64,000 nucleotides of DNA from Pelomyxa schiedti (Eukaryota; Protista; Evosea), in assembly GCA_020536535.1 (NCBI GenBank), contig JAHLWZ010000518.1, forward strand, positions 62,001 to 126,000, in the 5' to 3' direction. The notes under the pieces were generated by a model that made no database searches, was not told the DNA's origin, and was given only the letters and a program-made list of their open reading frames with translations. The stretch's first letter is position 1. Every line of letters starts with the position of its first letter. This document shows positions 50,516 to 62,445 of the stretch, piece by piece. A program made the translations under genes and the position numbers.

Positions 50516-52365
50516 ATGGCTACCAGGGAAGAAAGGAGCAGAACGAGGGGACGATTTTTCTCTTCTGTGAACTTCCTGAACTGGTTCCCGTGTGTCTTTC
50601 TTCGCCTGCGAATTTGTTCAAGCATCCCTTATTCCCAATTCAAGAGGGAGCTATGACACACGCGAGTACCAATATCACAGCATGTGGAATTATATGTCCT
50701 CTCCGATGGCAGTTGCTTCCATAGCCCTCATTCTGTGTGTCATTGGTTTATGTGGGTACCACTCGGTAAAGTGGATCGCCAGGCATGACATTGAGATAAA
50801 TCAGGTGAAGGATATCCACGTATCTGCCCTTCCCCTAACCTTGAATCAGTATGATTTTGAGACAAAGGGAACGTATCCCGAATTCCCTACGTTCGCAGTT
50901 TCTATTGAGAATGACTTAGTTCCTGAATATTTGATTGTACGTTTCTCCTTGGTCACAATTTTCAATCAAAATCGTTCTGACAGGTAGTGAAGTCCAGCTT
51001 GTTATTTTTCTCTAAATCTATAAAAGAAACGTAACACCCTGTGGGTTGGGGCACCCCTGTTACCCATTAGAAAACCTGAACGCCACTGCATTTATTTGTC
51101 CTCCAGAAGATTGCTATCATGTTGAAGGAAGTTTGGCTTCATCTGTTTTCTCGTTGAAAGCACACAGCTATACATTCCTCTCATATTCGTTAGGTTCACG
51201 CGAATAGAAATTAGTAAAAACCCTGATGTTGACACGACAAACCTGTCGAAAGCGATTATGGGAATCCGAGCACAGCTGTATGTGGGCACATCGTTTTGTG
51301 ACTACCCCAATAGAGTGAAGAGGAACTGCGTTAAAGTTGTGAACGGTGATATAAGGTGGACTGGATTCTTCGGTTCTCATCACGTATGAAAAGTCTGGAA
51401 AATGTTTGACTGAAAATAAGATCCTGATGTAGTCCTAATCAACGACTACAATCTGCGGTATATCAACGTCATTGATACTCGCCGAATTGCACTCCGCGGA
51501 CAGCATGTTAAATCAATCTGGGTAATACAATGTACGATGAAATGATTGCATTGTACGACTCAAAATACAAATAGGTACAGAGGAGCACATCGAGGTGGCA
51601 GCAGAATCCCCTGCCCATAACAACAGTGTAGCAAGCTTGAATCTTCTTCTAGATACTACCACAACTGAAGTGTACCGCAACCATGAAAATGGTCTGGATT
51701 TCCTTGAGGAAATAGGTTCAGTTTTTGGGCTTGCTGGATTTGTGGGTTGTCTTCAATTCACAATGATATCTAGTTCTGATGCTCAAACAGCGTTGGTAAT
51801 TACCATGGTGAATAAAGTTGCGTGGTGCTTCTGCCATGGCAAAATGGTACAAAAAGTGTGCCCTTGCACTAAGAAGGCAACGGAGGAGAATAAAAGGCTA
51901 TTAGAGTATGAAAACCTCTTTTCAGATCCCAAGGGGAAAAGGTTCTGTTGTACCGGATGTAAGCTCTCAAGTTTCGTGACAAATTTATCTTACAACTTGC
52001 AGCAATTTCACTCCGAACAATGAACAAGTAGGAAAATGCCTCTACTCCTTCTGACCTTTATTAGCTTAGCAGATGTTTGCAAGATTCATTGGAAGTGCTT
52101 CGAGATAGTGACACCTCAAAATTGTACCTTCGCTGTGCGTTGTTTGTGCCCTGGGGAGCCACGTGTCACACCACACCTTCCTGAAGAGGCCCTCAGCAAT
52201 GCACCCCACAAGAGATGCGAATTGAAGGCAGTGTATCTGACACAACAACAAGCAGACGACCTCCTTTTCCAGTCGGTCAACTACTCATACAACGAGAGCG
52301 ACATACAAATCAACGGTGACATAGAGATGCAAAATTGTGTGAGTTCCAACCAAGCAAAAGAATAA
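50516..52365 (+). CDS. Two-TM membrane protein with Cys-containing extracellular loop
   Basis: TM1 AVASIALILCVIGLCGY; loop with N-glycosylation sequons and Cys residues; TM2 region DFLEEIGSVFGLAGF(AL)VITMV; Cys-rich cytosolic tail. Confidence 0.6.
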
Positions 52366-52525
52366 CTGCCATGTCTTATTATTAACAACCGGTCTGTGTC
52401 CGATTCGTTTCTCATTCTCGAGGGTGCATTTCGTTTGATCTCGAAATGTCTGAGTGGATCCATCAAACCTGAGAACTGTGTTGATTTACATTGGCTTGAG
52501 CTTTCATTAAAAAAATAAACGAGGT

Positions 52526-54574
52526 ATGAGAGGCATTGCACTTGTGTTCGTGGTGAGCTGGTGTTTGGTGGTGAGATCTGGTTTATGTTCTCCTGTTCCT
52601 CCTTCCTTCCCCTCGTCTTTCACTGTTTCTTACTCCCTGTTGTGAGTACAAACCATCCCCACCCCAGCTCTTTTGTTGCTTTTTTTTTTTCTTTATTTAC
52701 TGTTTACTAGGTCTCCTGAGTCACATTCTGGTTGTTTGTTTTCACTTTTAGTGTGTTGTTTGTGATAATATTTCCACCTCAAGATTGGTGGGAGCAAGAG
52801 GATGTTGTCTACGATGCCGTTTCGCAGCGGGTTTCCATTAGAATTTATAAGGGATCCGGTGGTTTCTCTGTAGTTATCGACTTCCCATCTGTGAGTATTT
52901 TTCTTTTTATCTCTGTCTGAAGAAATATACTCAAAAGAAAGTCGCCTATAACATTGGGAGTATGTTCGAGGACTATGTTTGCTGGGGTCTCCCTTATAAT
53001 GCCGCTTTTCCAGAGCCTCCAGATTTTCAGAGCTATCAATATGTGAAGACAGAATACCTGAATGGCATTCCCTACTTGTCTCTCTGACCATTATTGAATC
53101 TCAAAGATATACTCTGTGATGTGTTCCAGCTTCATACCGATGTTGGAAACAACACACTTTGGGCTGCGTCTGCCTTCCCCAACTCTCTTGTGAGGGTGGA
53201 TGAAGTTCAAGTGATGACATTCTCGGACACTCCAGTACATGTTATTCATGACATCCACAACTATGGTGTGGGAGATGCTTTTGGTTTTGGCGCTTTCAGC
53301 GTTCCTGAGGACTGCACATTCTTCTATGACCCCGCATTGTATGGAGGGTAGTGCCTTAAATACCCTAATTTCGGATTGCAGGGAAGGAACCGTGATGTCA
53401 TATCTTACACATTTCTTGTCTGTACCCAGTAAACCAGATCTAGAACTTCCTGAAAATATTCTCTCCATGCTATTGAATGACAAAACCCTTCCCTGGACTG
53501 CTGGACCCAACACGTAACACTATTTCCAATGAGAAGACTTTCTCCAAGTGTGCCTAACAGCTTGAAACAAAAGGTTTTCTGGGCGGATAATCGAGCAAGT
53601 CACTGCTTCTCTCAATTCCTTCACAGTACCTGAGACCACTCATAACGTTGTACAAACGCAAGCCAACGAAATTCCCCTTTCATTTGATGCCCGAGATCAA
53701 TGGTCTTACTGTCCCTGGACAGTCCGAGACCAAGTATTTCCCACTCCTGTTTGTTGGGGTAATTACTAACAAGACAAGGGCTCGTGTGATTCTTGTTGGG
53801 CACACGGGCTGGTAGAAGTATCTGAAGCCCGAAAATGCATTGAAACAAACGGAGAATTTTCAAAGCGGTTATCGGTGCAGTTTCCTGTCAGTTGTGACTT
53901 CGGTATGCTACCACATATTAAATGCTCTTTCACATAATTTAGACGATTGGGGGTGTTCCGGTGGCTCACTAGACAGAGGCTGGCTGTTTATGGTATCCAA
54001 AGGCACAGTACTTGACGAGTGCCTTCCTTATGAGTACTTCTCTCCATTATTTTTGGGTTACTAAGGAAACGAAAAGAAATCAGACAATGAATGGCGCTTC
54101 TGGAATATGTCCAAGCACCTGCCAAGACGGCTCACCGTTCTCTTATTTCAAGTCCTCATCTGCATATACTATAGCACCAGGGGAAACCTCAATCCAAGAC
54201 GAAATCCTTGCATACGGACCCATTGCCACCATTTACAATGTTTACCTGGACCAGGTATAACGAGTATCATAACTGCAGCACTAACAAGCAAAAGGTTTTT
54301 TATAAATCTGGTGTTTATGTACACAAATATGGCCCCCTCCTCGGTTCTCATTGCGTGATGATTGTGGGCTGGGGAATTGACCAGGAATCCTCTCTCCCCT
54401 ATTGGACTGTTGTAAACAGGTTAAATCTTTTCCTCTAAAGTTGGTGTTCGCCAAATTAACACTTTACTCAGTTGGGGGACTGATTTTGGAGAACAAGGCC
54501 TTTTCCGTATACTCAGAGGATCCAATGAATGTGGGATAGAATCTGTTCTCTTTGCAAACCACATGCTTTCATAA
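52526..54574 (+). CDS. Cathepsin B-like (C1A) cysteine protease with long N-terminal extension
   Basis: Signal peptide; IPLSFDARDQW, QGSCDSCWA (Cys), GCSGG, GSHCVMIVGWG (His), YWTVVNSWG (Asn), FRILRGSNECGIE. Confidence 0.9.
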
Positions 54575-54652
54575 ATTTTTGCTAAATCAAAAAAAGGTAT
54601 TGGTGGTACAACAGTTTGCCGTTTGGTTTTATTGTCACTATTTTATTAGTTT

Positions 54653-55807
54653 TTATCTGGAACTTTGTAGGGGTCTGGTGGTGCCATCCCCTGCAGGTCT
54701 TGTTGGTTGTGATTGGCTTTGTGACTGTTGTTGTGCTTGGGTCTGTGGTTGTCCCTGTGACTGTGATGCAGCTTGTGATTGTGATTGCGGCTGGGTCTGT
54801 ATCTGTGCGGGGGAGGGAGGAGTTGTACTTGGAGGCTGAGCGGTTGTAGCCGATGGTGTCGGAGGGGTGATTTGGGCTTGTTGCGAGCTTGGTTGTTGTT
54901 GCGGAATTGCTTGCTGTTGTTGAGGAGTTGTGGATGTTGGAGTTGTTGTAGTAAGCGATGCAGAGGAGCCAGAAGAACAACCGGTTGGTGTGGAATGCCT
55001 TATCTTGAAGCCAAAAATCTTAGGGACATACTTGGGTGCTGGTTTGGGTGGGACCAGCTCAGGATACTGCAATAGTAGCATATGGGGAAAGCTGGTGCCG
55101 AAGTAAGCTCCATCTATGCTGGTGTGCTTCTGGACTTTAGGGATATACACATCCTCACACCTGGGGCAATACAAGCGAACTGGCTGCTGTCGGGGGATGT
55201 CACTCAAGCCTACTGGAAGTACTGGTTGTCCGTTGCACAGATAGCGAGGACATTTGCCGAAAATGGCCTGCCTGTATTTTTCCAGCATGAGAGCCATACC
55301 ACGAGATGTCTGAATGAATCTTGCATGAATAAGCCCGTAAAGAAGCTCGGCATTTCTTTGCAGCATCTCTTGTTCTTGTACAGTCTTTCTGGGGTGTCTA
55401 ATCACACCAGTTCTGCCATCATCCTCCCCTCCTTCATCTTCCTCTTCTTCATACGCTTCGTCATAGTCGTCATTGTCCAGGATGATATCTAGCGCAGCAG
55501 CGTACCCTGGAACGATTGAGGACAGCCCATACAAGTTGAATTGGTCATTAATGAACTCCTCGTCAACCTCACAGAAAAGCTCGTTGCCTCTTTTTTTTTT
55601 TTAGTTAGCACTGGAATCGCAGGTTTAGTTGTTGCGAGGATGAATGTAGCATTGCCTTTGTAGGAACATTATGCCTTAAGGATGGGAGTTTTGATTTTAT
55701 TTTTACCTGGTGGAAGTGTACCATTGGATCCACGAGGTGTTCGACTCGTCCGTCGACGAAGACTCAGAAACATTAGTTTCCGCCGCACCGTTGATAGTGC
55801 CCGACAT
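54653..55807 (-). CDS. CSNK2B: Casein kinase II regulatory subunit beta
   Basis: SWIQWY...GNELFCEVDEEFI.DQFNL.GL, LYGLIHARFI, CPR..C, YCPRC.DVY.P, DGAYFGTSFPH, YVPKIFGFKI. Confidence 0.96.
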
Positions 55808-56085
55808 CACTACTAACACCGTGACTGTGGATTCACAAATGGTACCGGGTCAGGTCGACCGTGCTGTCTCGCTGGCCCCTGTTTTTTTAGAATGAATGAT
55901 TTTTTTGGGTACATTTTTCCTTGTCTCGGATTGGCAGGGAAGTGATGCCAAAGTACTCGTTACTCGTTCTTCTGAGTCTGGGCGAACGAGACCTCGAAGG
56001 GCATTTTTGGAGTCTCATCAAGGCACGACACGGAGGATTGAGCAGGGAAACCACAAACAACAAGTTCGAAGAAGTACATGGATTT

Positions 56086-58402
56086 TCACACACCAAGTTG
56101 GGCCATGAGCTTCTCCAAATTGTCCAAGTACTCCATGTGGCCGTGCACGTAGGCCGTAGCATCAAAGTCCTCAACACCCTCGGTTGTGGCACCTGTCAGG
56201 CCCGCCACTTTGTTGTTGTTGTCGTCCCTCCTGTCACCACTGTGGTTCTCGTTCTCGTCGCTGTGATTGTGCTTGGCCTTGATGACTTTGGCTGTAAACA
56301 GGCTCAGGGATAGATCGTGGCGGGACATCGCGTTGACGACGCGGCCGGCGACGCAGGCTCTGGCACGAGCCCACAGCCGCGAGGAGGACGGTACTGGGGA
56401 TCCCATAAGTATGACGTCGGCGACTACTGAGCGGACCCAGGCGGGGCCCACGCGGTCGGCTAGAATCGCGAGTGCTCTGAGGATCATGTAGGTACCCGCT
56501 GAGGCTCCGATGAGAGTGACTGGCGAGTACCTATTAACTGGTGTGAGTGTATTGTGGGAGGATTTTCGTTTGTTTCTTTTGATGAGAAGGGTTTTTTCTC
56601 TTAGTTAATATATTAATATTTATAGACCAAGGAAGCAATATACTACCTTGAAAGGTGGAATTGGATAACTTCAGCAAGAATGGGTGCCGCTCTCTTGGCT
56701 CGGGACATTACTGACTTCCATGGATCGTCTAGGTTTATCTCTTATTTGTTATGAGATTATGTGGCACCAAGGCGGAATATCGATGGCTTACTTGTTAAGA
56801 TAGAAGTAGCCACTTTCAGTGCACTTACTGCGTATTTACACACCAGCGAGTGGGATGTGATTAAGGAAGTCATTTTGCTTCTTACAGCTTGATTATTTTC
56901 TAAAGTGTGCAGTATCAACCCCAGCTCACGAAGTCTATGGGGCTCCCAATCCAACAAATATGCCAAAGAACAAATTTCTTGTTCTGGAATTTGTCTTGAC
57001 TGACGGCAAGTACATCTCACTGAACTTGTTGGCTGCCAAGTATCCAAGTTATCCTGGTTTGGCAAAATATATCCAGGAATGCTTAAGCGCAGCCCTGCAA
57101 TGCTAAAGTTAGGATGGAATAACAAACACCCTGTGCTGCACCTGCACAGTTTTGCGGCGGGAATGCTGTTTGGGGAGGAATGACTTTGAACTGAAACGTT
57201 TTGATGGAGGATGTCTTTCGCAGTTCCTTTATACCTCCATAAAGTGCACCAAGAGAGCCCACTGTGAAAAGTACCACAGGCGTGGCCACCATAATAATGG
57301 CAGTTCCAGCAGCCAGCACAACTGCTAAATAGTCAGTAGGCCAATCCAACAGCACAAATTAACTCATCAACTCACCAGCCGAGCCCACGCCAAATCCAAG
57401 TGACCCAGCGGTAGTAGCAATTCCCAAAGGTATCACTGCCCCTCCCCACAATCCAACAACTCCCATAACTCCGCCACAAGCTCCGTAGCAAGCAGACGCC
57501 GCTGTGACTTTTACTCCCCTCCGGTCAGATTCTGTTGAAGCTCCGCGTTCGAGTTGTACAGTCTCCAGTTGTTCCACCTCACACTTAATTCCACACAGGT
57601 ACTCAGCGTGACTGATCCAGCATAAGGGAAGTTCCATTTTCCCCAACACATTCCGCAGAACTGCTTGAATTCGGGAGTCATACATTCCTGGATCATCCCA
57701 TAAGTCAGAGGAGCAATGCGGGGCCTACTCCATACAACAAAATCAACATACGCACGGCACAACGAAGCCCTGCTTACAACTGCGAAAATGGCAGCTCGTG
57801 CGCCAAAATTACCGCCGGGGAACAGCGTGTTCAAATCTGAAGTGCAGGACTCGGCCAATTGCCCCAAGTCACACGATGACATTGCGCGGAATAGCAAGGC
57901 AACTTCGCTGCACGTGCCGGGGGGCAGGCCTTGCTCTGTCGGCATCATATTTATGGCTATCTAAAAAAAGACACCCAGATGAAAGTTCCTAAAGACGTGG
58001 GTGGATCAAGTTACATGGCCTTTGTTTCGAAGGGTTTCGCGAAGTACCACCACCACAGTTTGCCCAGTCGATGTCAGAGAACTATTGCCAGACTCTTATT
58101 CTGCTCGGCACCTGGATCTGCTTTCTTTCCCCGAACCGTTTCAAGGCATTTCGGCGTCGGGTCCAACTGAACGTCTGGCTCACAACACAGGATATCCGAG
58201 GACAAGTTCGTGGGCTTCTGCATGCATGCGAAGACGCTGTCGAGGAGCCGATACCTCCATAGCACCTGCCACCGACACATCTACGCCTACAGATTGCGAC
58301 GATCCCACAAGGAAGGACGACGATGGTGACAGCAGTGATGACGGCACCAACAGGCCCATTAGTGCTGGTGGAGCTTACCGCATTCCCGTCATGGAAATCC
58401 AT
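56086..58402 (-). CDS. DUF726/TMCO4-like alpha/beta-hydrolase-fold membrane protein; 5' exons tentative
   Basis: DSR...L, Gly-rich hydrophobic segments, WEP..L..LG, DPW....RA, PVTLIGASAG, LMGSP, VAGRVVN, V.GH..Y. Confidence 0.75.
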
Positions 58403-58659
58403 CACACCTCGCCACACAAATAGAAAAAGAAAATGTTGGAAATCCAACTCCTCTGGGGGCCACAAATGGCCCCCAGAGCAGAAATGACTCACGTTGTTCT
58501 TGCACTAGATTTGCGATTCTCCAGAACACCTATCGGAGTCCAAGTTGGTCTGGGTGGTAGTTGTGCAAAAGTCTGTGGGTCGGCTCCTGGAGGCGCCCAG
58601 GAGTCAACCCTGGTGATACAATTGTGGGAAGAAAACAATCGAGCTTCGTTTTACTGGAA

Positions 58660-60394
58660 ATGTCGTGGCCAAATGGTGGGCTGACAGACGACGAGGTAGA
58701 GACTTGGCCAGACTTCGAAGAAAACGGACTTTATGAAGGAGAGGACGAGACCGAGGGCTACGTTGATTATGGGGCGGTTGGCGCCCTCGACGAGGACGAA
58801 GAGGGACCCCGGACGAGTCCTCCTGCCCCTCTGTCCCTGCAACAGAATCCACAACAGCAACCACCTGCCCCGCCCAACCCACAATTTTCGAATGTCGACG
58901 ACGGAACCTTGCCCCCCCGTCCCACAATTCACAAACCACAGCAGCACCTCCCCAGCTACCAAGTCGACGACGAGGACCACCAGCAGGAGGAGCACGCCTC
59001 CACCTACGACGACGAGTACGAGGAGGAAGAAGAACCCGAGGCGCCGAGGCCGACGCCGTTTTCGGTTCCCGGGGGCTCGGCCTCTTCGTCGGCGTCGTCG
59101 TCTGCAACCAACTTGGCCGCGCCTAGGCCTGTGCCGCCGCCCATACACCCCGCCAAGTTGGTCGCGGCGGCCGCGTCGCTTCAGCGGGGAACCGGCGCGT
59201 CGGTTGAAGCGGCGGCTTTTGCCTCGCCTTCGCCTAACCAACTGCAACCACTCCAGCCACAACATGAACACCTGTCCGTGCAACAACTGGATCAGCAGGA
59301 ATCAACCTATTTACCTTCTTCACCTATGCAGTCACAACAGCAGCAATTACAACCTTTACAGCAGCACCAGGCACTGCTGCAGACTGCACCAAGGGCACAG
59401 TCACCGCCTCGCCCTGTGGCTCAGCCGAGACCCCCTGTGAACATGAGGCCAACAAAACCAACTTCCGGGAAGGCTCCCAGCACAGGATTAACCAAGCCAG
59501 CAGTGGCTGTGGTCCCACCGAAGCCCAATGTACCAGCAACAAAGTATAGTGGGACTGGAAAAGCTCCCTATCAAACCTCCGGAGGACAACTTGTGGATGA
59601 AGCTGAAATAATAGAAATAGAGCCATGTACTGTTGCACCGAAGTTTTTTATAGGCATGTTCACGCTTCCTTTTCCCCACTCTTTTGCACAATTTCACTAA
59701 CTGGTATGAAGCACAGAGAGCTCCACGGAATCCACCCGTAAACCCTAAAAATCAACCCAGTGAGCAAGAAAGCAGCACCAAAACCCTCACAGAAAGGACA
59801 CACTCATCCAAAAGAGGCCTACTCCCTTCCGTTATCTCCACCACCAAGTACAACCCCATTACCCAACCTTCACCCATTCTCAAGGTAAAATCTCCCCCAC
59901 TAGTCAAAGGCACAGCCCATGAACCAAATACTTACTCACAACCCTCCACCACTTCCCACCCTCCAAAATTCACCAATAAACCCACAAGAGGACCCTCTCC
60001 CCAGCTTCCTCAATCCCATCATTCACTTACAAATCACCAGCATCTTCACCAGCAGCAGCAGCCGCCGCAACAACAAATAATCCCATCATCCCCACATGAC
60101 ACCCTTGTAAAAAATGTATTAGAGAGACTGTCCAGCCAACAACAAGCACTGCTGCCCTACTACACGCAAAGCTTCGTGCCCAAGCCCAGCCCCCCTGACC
60201 TGGCCGCACTCACGGCAAAGTCAATGTATTTTGGCCCATTGCCACCAAGTCCAATGCCGCGTTCTGAGCTGCTTTTTGTGGCTAGAGCCTATGCTGAAAT
60301 TGAGAGGGCGGCAAGGGAGGCTTGCTCAGCACCTTTGCCTGGCAAATTGAGTGCGGATTTTAATACAAGGAAAATGGATGGTGGGAACAGTTGA
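58660..60394 (+). CDS. Acidic/Pro/Gln-rich hypothetical protein
   Basis: Two long ORFs joined in frame by a candidate GC-AG intron at 59654-59711 with a CTAAC branch-point motif. Confidence 0.6.
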
Positions 60395-60437
60395 ATTCGT
60401 TTTTGTTCTTGTTTTTTGCCATTAGAATTGGTCCGTA

Positions 60438-62205
60438 CTAGGAATGTTCAGTACTAGCGGCAGTGGTTGTTTCTGTTGTTGTTGTTGTTGCTGTTGCTGA
60501 ACTTGTTGTGGCGGTTGTGCAATTAACAGGTGTGGTGTGGTTCATTGTATAAAGTTGCCTTCCAAGGGTTTCTAGGCGCCCGCGGTATTCTAGGGCCTCG
60601 TAGTTGCACAGTGGAACACCTTCAATTCCGTACAATGCGCCGAACATGGCTCCAGCTATGCAACCGGTGCTGTCATTATCTCCGCCATGGAGGATGCCAC
60701 TGTGCAGCATTAAACTACATTTATAACTGTTGGGTATTGGAATTACCTCCAACATAACTTTTCCCAAGAGTTTCCAGACCACAGGAGGGAATCGTAGGCA
60801 ATCATTGGTGCATCGTGACCACTGTGGGAAAAAGAAACAGGTAAGATGCGTAAGCAAATGTAATGTGTAGAACCTGGAGCCACCCCAACCAGAGTATGAG
60901 ACAGACTTGTAAAAATCGTCTCTCTCTTCTACACCCCAAGCTTCAGGGAAAACAGGACCGTCAGTGTCACTTTGTCTTAGGTGTCTAAAGGAAAGTTAGC
61001 TAGTCGAAAACCGAGAATTGACGAACCTTAGCTCCAAATACTCCCTCCACTTAGTTTCAAAGTACCCAAAGCTCTCGAGATTTTCTTCAACCTCACGATC
61101 TGCGGATCTAAAAAGAGGGTTTAGTACCTAAACCTTAATCAGGAAAGCTGCTCACTTTATATAGTCTCTGCACAAAGGGAGGACTTGGTCGATAAGCATC
61201 CAACCCCAATTTCTAACGGGAACATTTTGAATGGCGTAGCTAGTGAACAGGGCTGCAGCTACAGACCCCAGGTAGCCTAGTCCACATCAAAAGGTTAGTC
61301 ATCTCTCAATTCTTGGTTTTTTTTATGTTCATTACTCCCATAGTATTTGATACAAATACCTGTGCCATTGTGGTGGGTCATACGGCCAGACTCAATTGCC
61401 ACTGCTATTAAGTTGGGAAGTTGCTCAGGTCTAGGGTACCGTAGGCCAATTGGTGCAGCCCTCATAGCAGCACCACAACCTCTTTACAGTTTGTACAGTG
61501 ATAAATCAATTGGCTTCATACCACCAGACCCTGTACTGAATGGAATTCTGTCCCACTCGGTGCCATCATGCCTTATCCTGGAAACTAGGGATGTGAAAAA
61601 ACAAAAAAGGTAAGAGTCACAGTAATACCTCCATGTGAACATGTACCACCTTGTAATATTTATTAAGTGGGGCAAGAAAAGCAAAAAAAAAAAAAAAAGA
61701 AGGGAGCTCTCACCAGGGGCTCTTCCACCCATATCAGACCAACATCGTTTGTAAGCCTTAGCAATACGTTGCAAAGTATGTGGGGCAGGTACAGAATCAC
61801 CATCTGTCCCCTCAACAAGTCCTTCTGCAGTTGCAAGTGCCATGACAGTGTCATCTAGAAAGGGGGAAAAAAAAAAGTGAGCATATTCATGAATAACGAA
61901 GAAAGGAAACGAGAAACACCTGAAACTGGAAACGTGGTTACATCCAAAGCAAAGCTGCAGGGACCCTTTCCACCTGTCCATTTCAACACCTCTTTGTGTA
62001 TTCTCTGTCCCAGAATACATTAAGAAAAGAACCCACTTGGTGGTTCTGGAAGAAACTGAATGCACACTTTGCCACTAAAGTTGAACTCCCAACGGTATCC
62101 CATCCCATCACCAACTCCACTAAGAACCTGGAGATGAAAATAATAACTCAATACCCAATAGCAAAAATAAAGGGGTCGCACCATCGACGCTATGTATCTG
62201 TCCAT
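60438..62205 (-). CDS. ADPRH: ADP-ribosylarginine hydrolase (ARH1-like)
   Basis: [83 protein letters not shown]. Confidence 0.92.
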
Positions 62206-62445
62206 CTTTTTCCTTTGGTTTGTGACTGAGTTGGCTTGAGAGATTTCTTCTTCTGAGGCGATTTCCAAGCAACAACACCTCTCCTCAAGGAGTTTGGGGA
62301 AGGAATCACACCCAGACTTGTTGTTTGGGGTGAATCACCTCATCGAACCGCTAGCTTTTTTTGGATTCGCAGGAACTTGGTGGGGGCGAAATAACAGAGA
62401 TCGGTTGAGAGCACTACGGCCGGTTTAATTAACCAAAAAGCAAAG

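Noticed and set aside
57949-58423. Independent plus-strand gene (ORF 58001-58423)
   Set aside because: Better explained as antisense to the probable 5' exons of the DUF726 gene.
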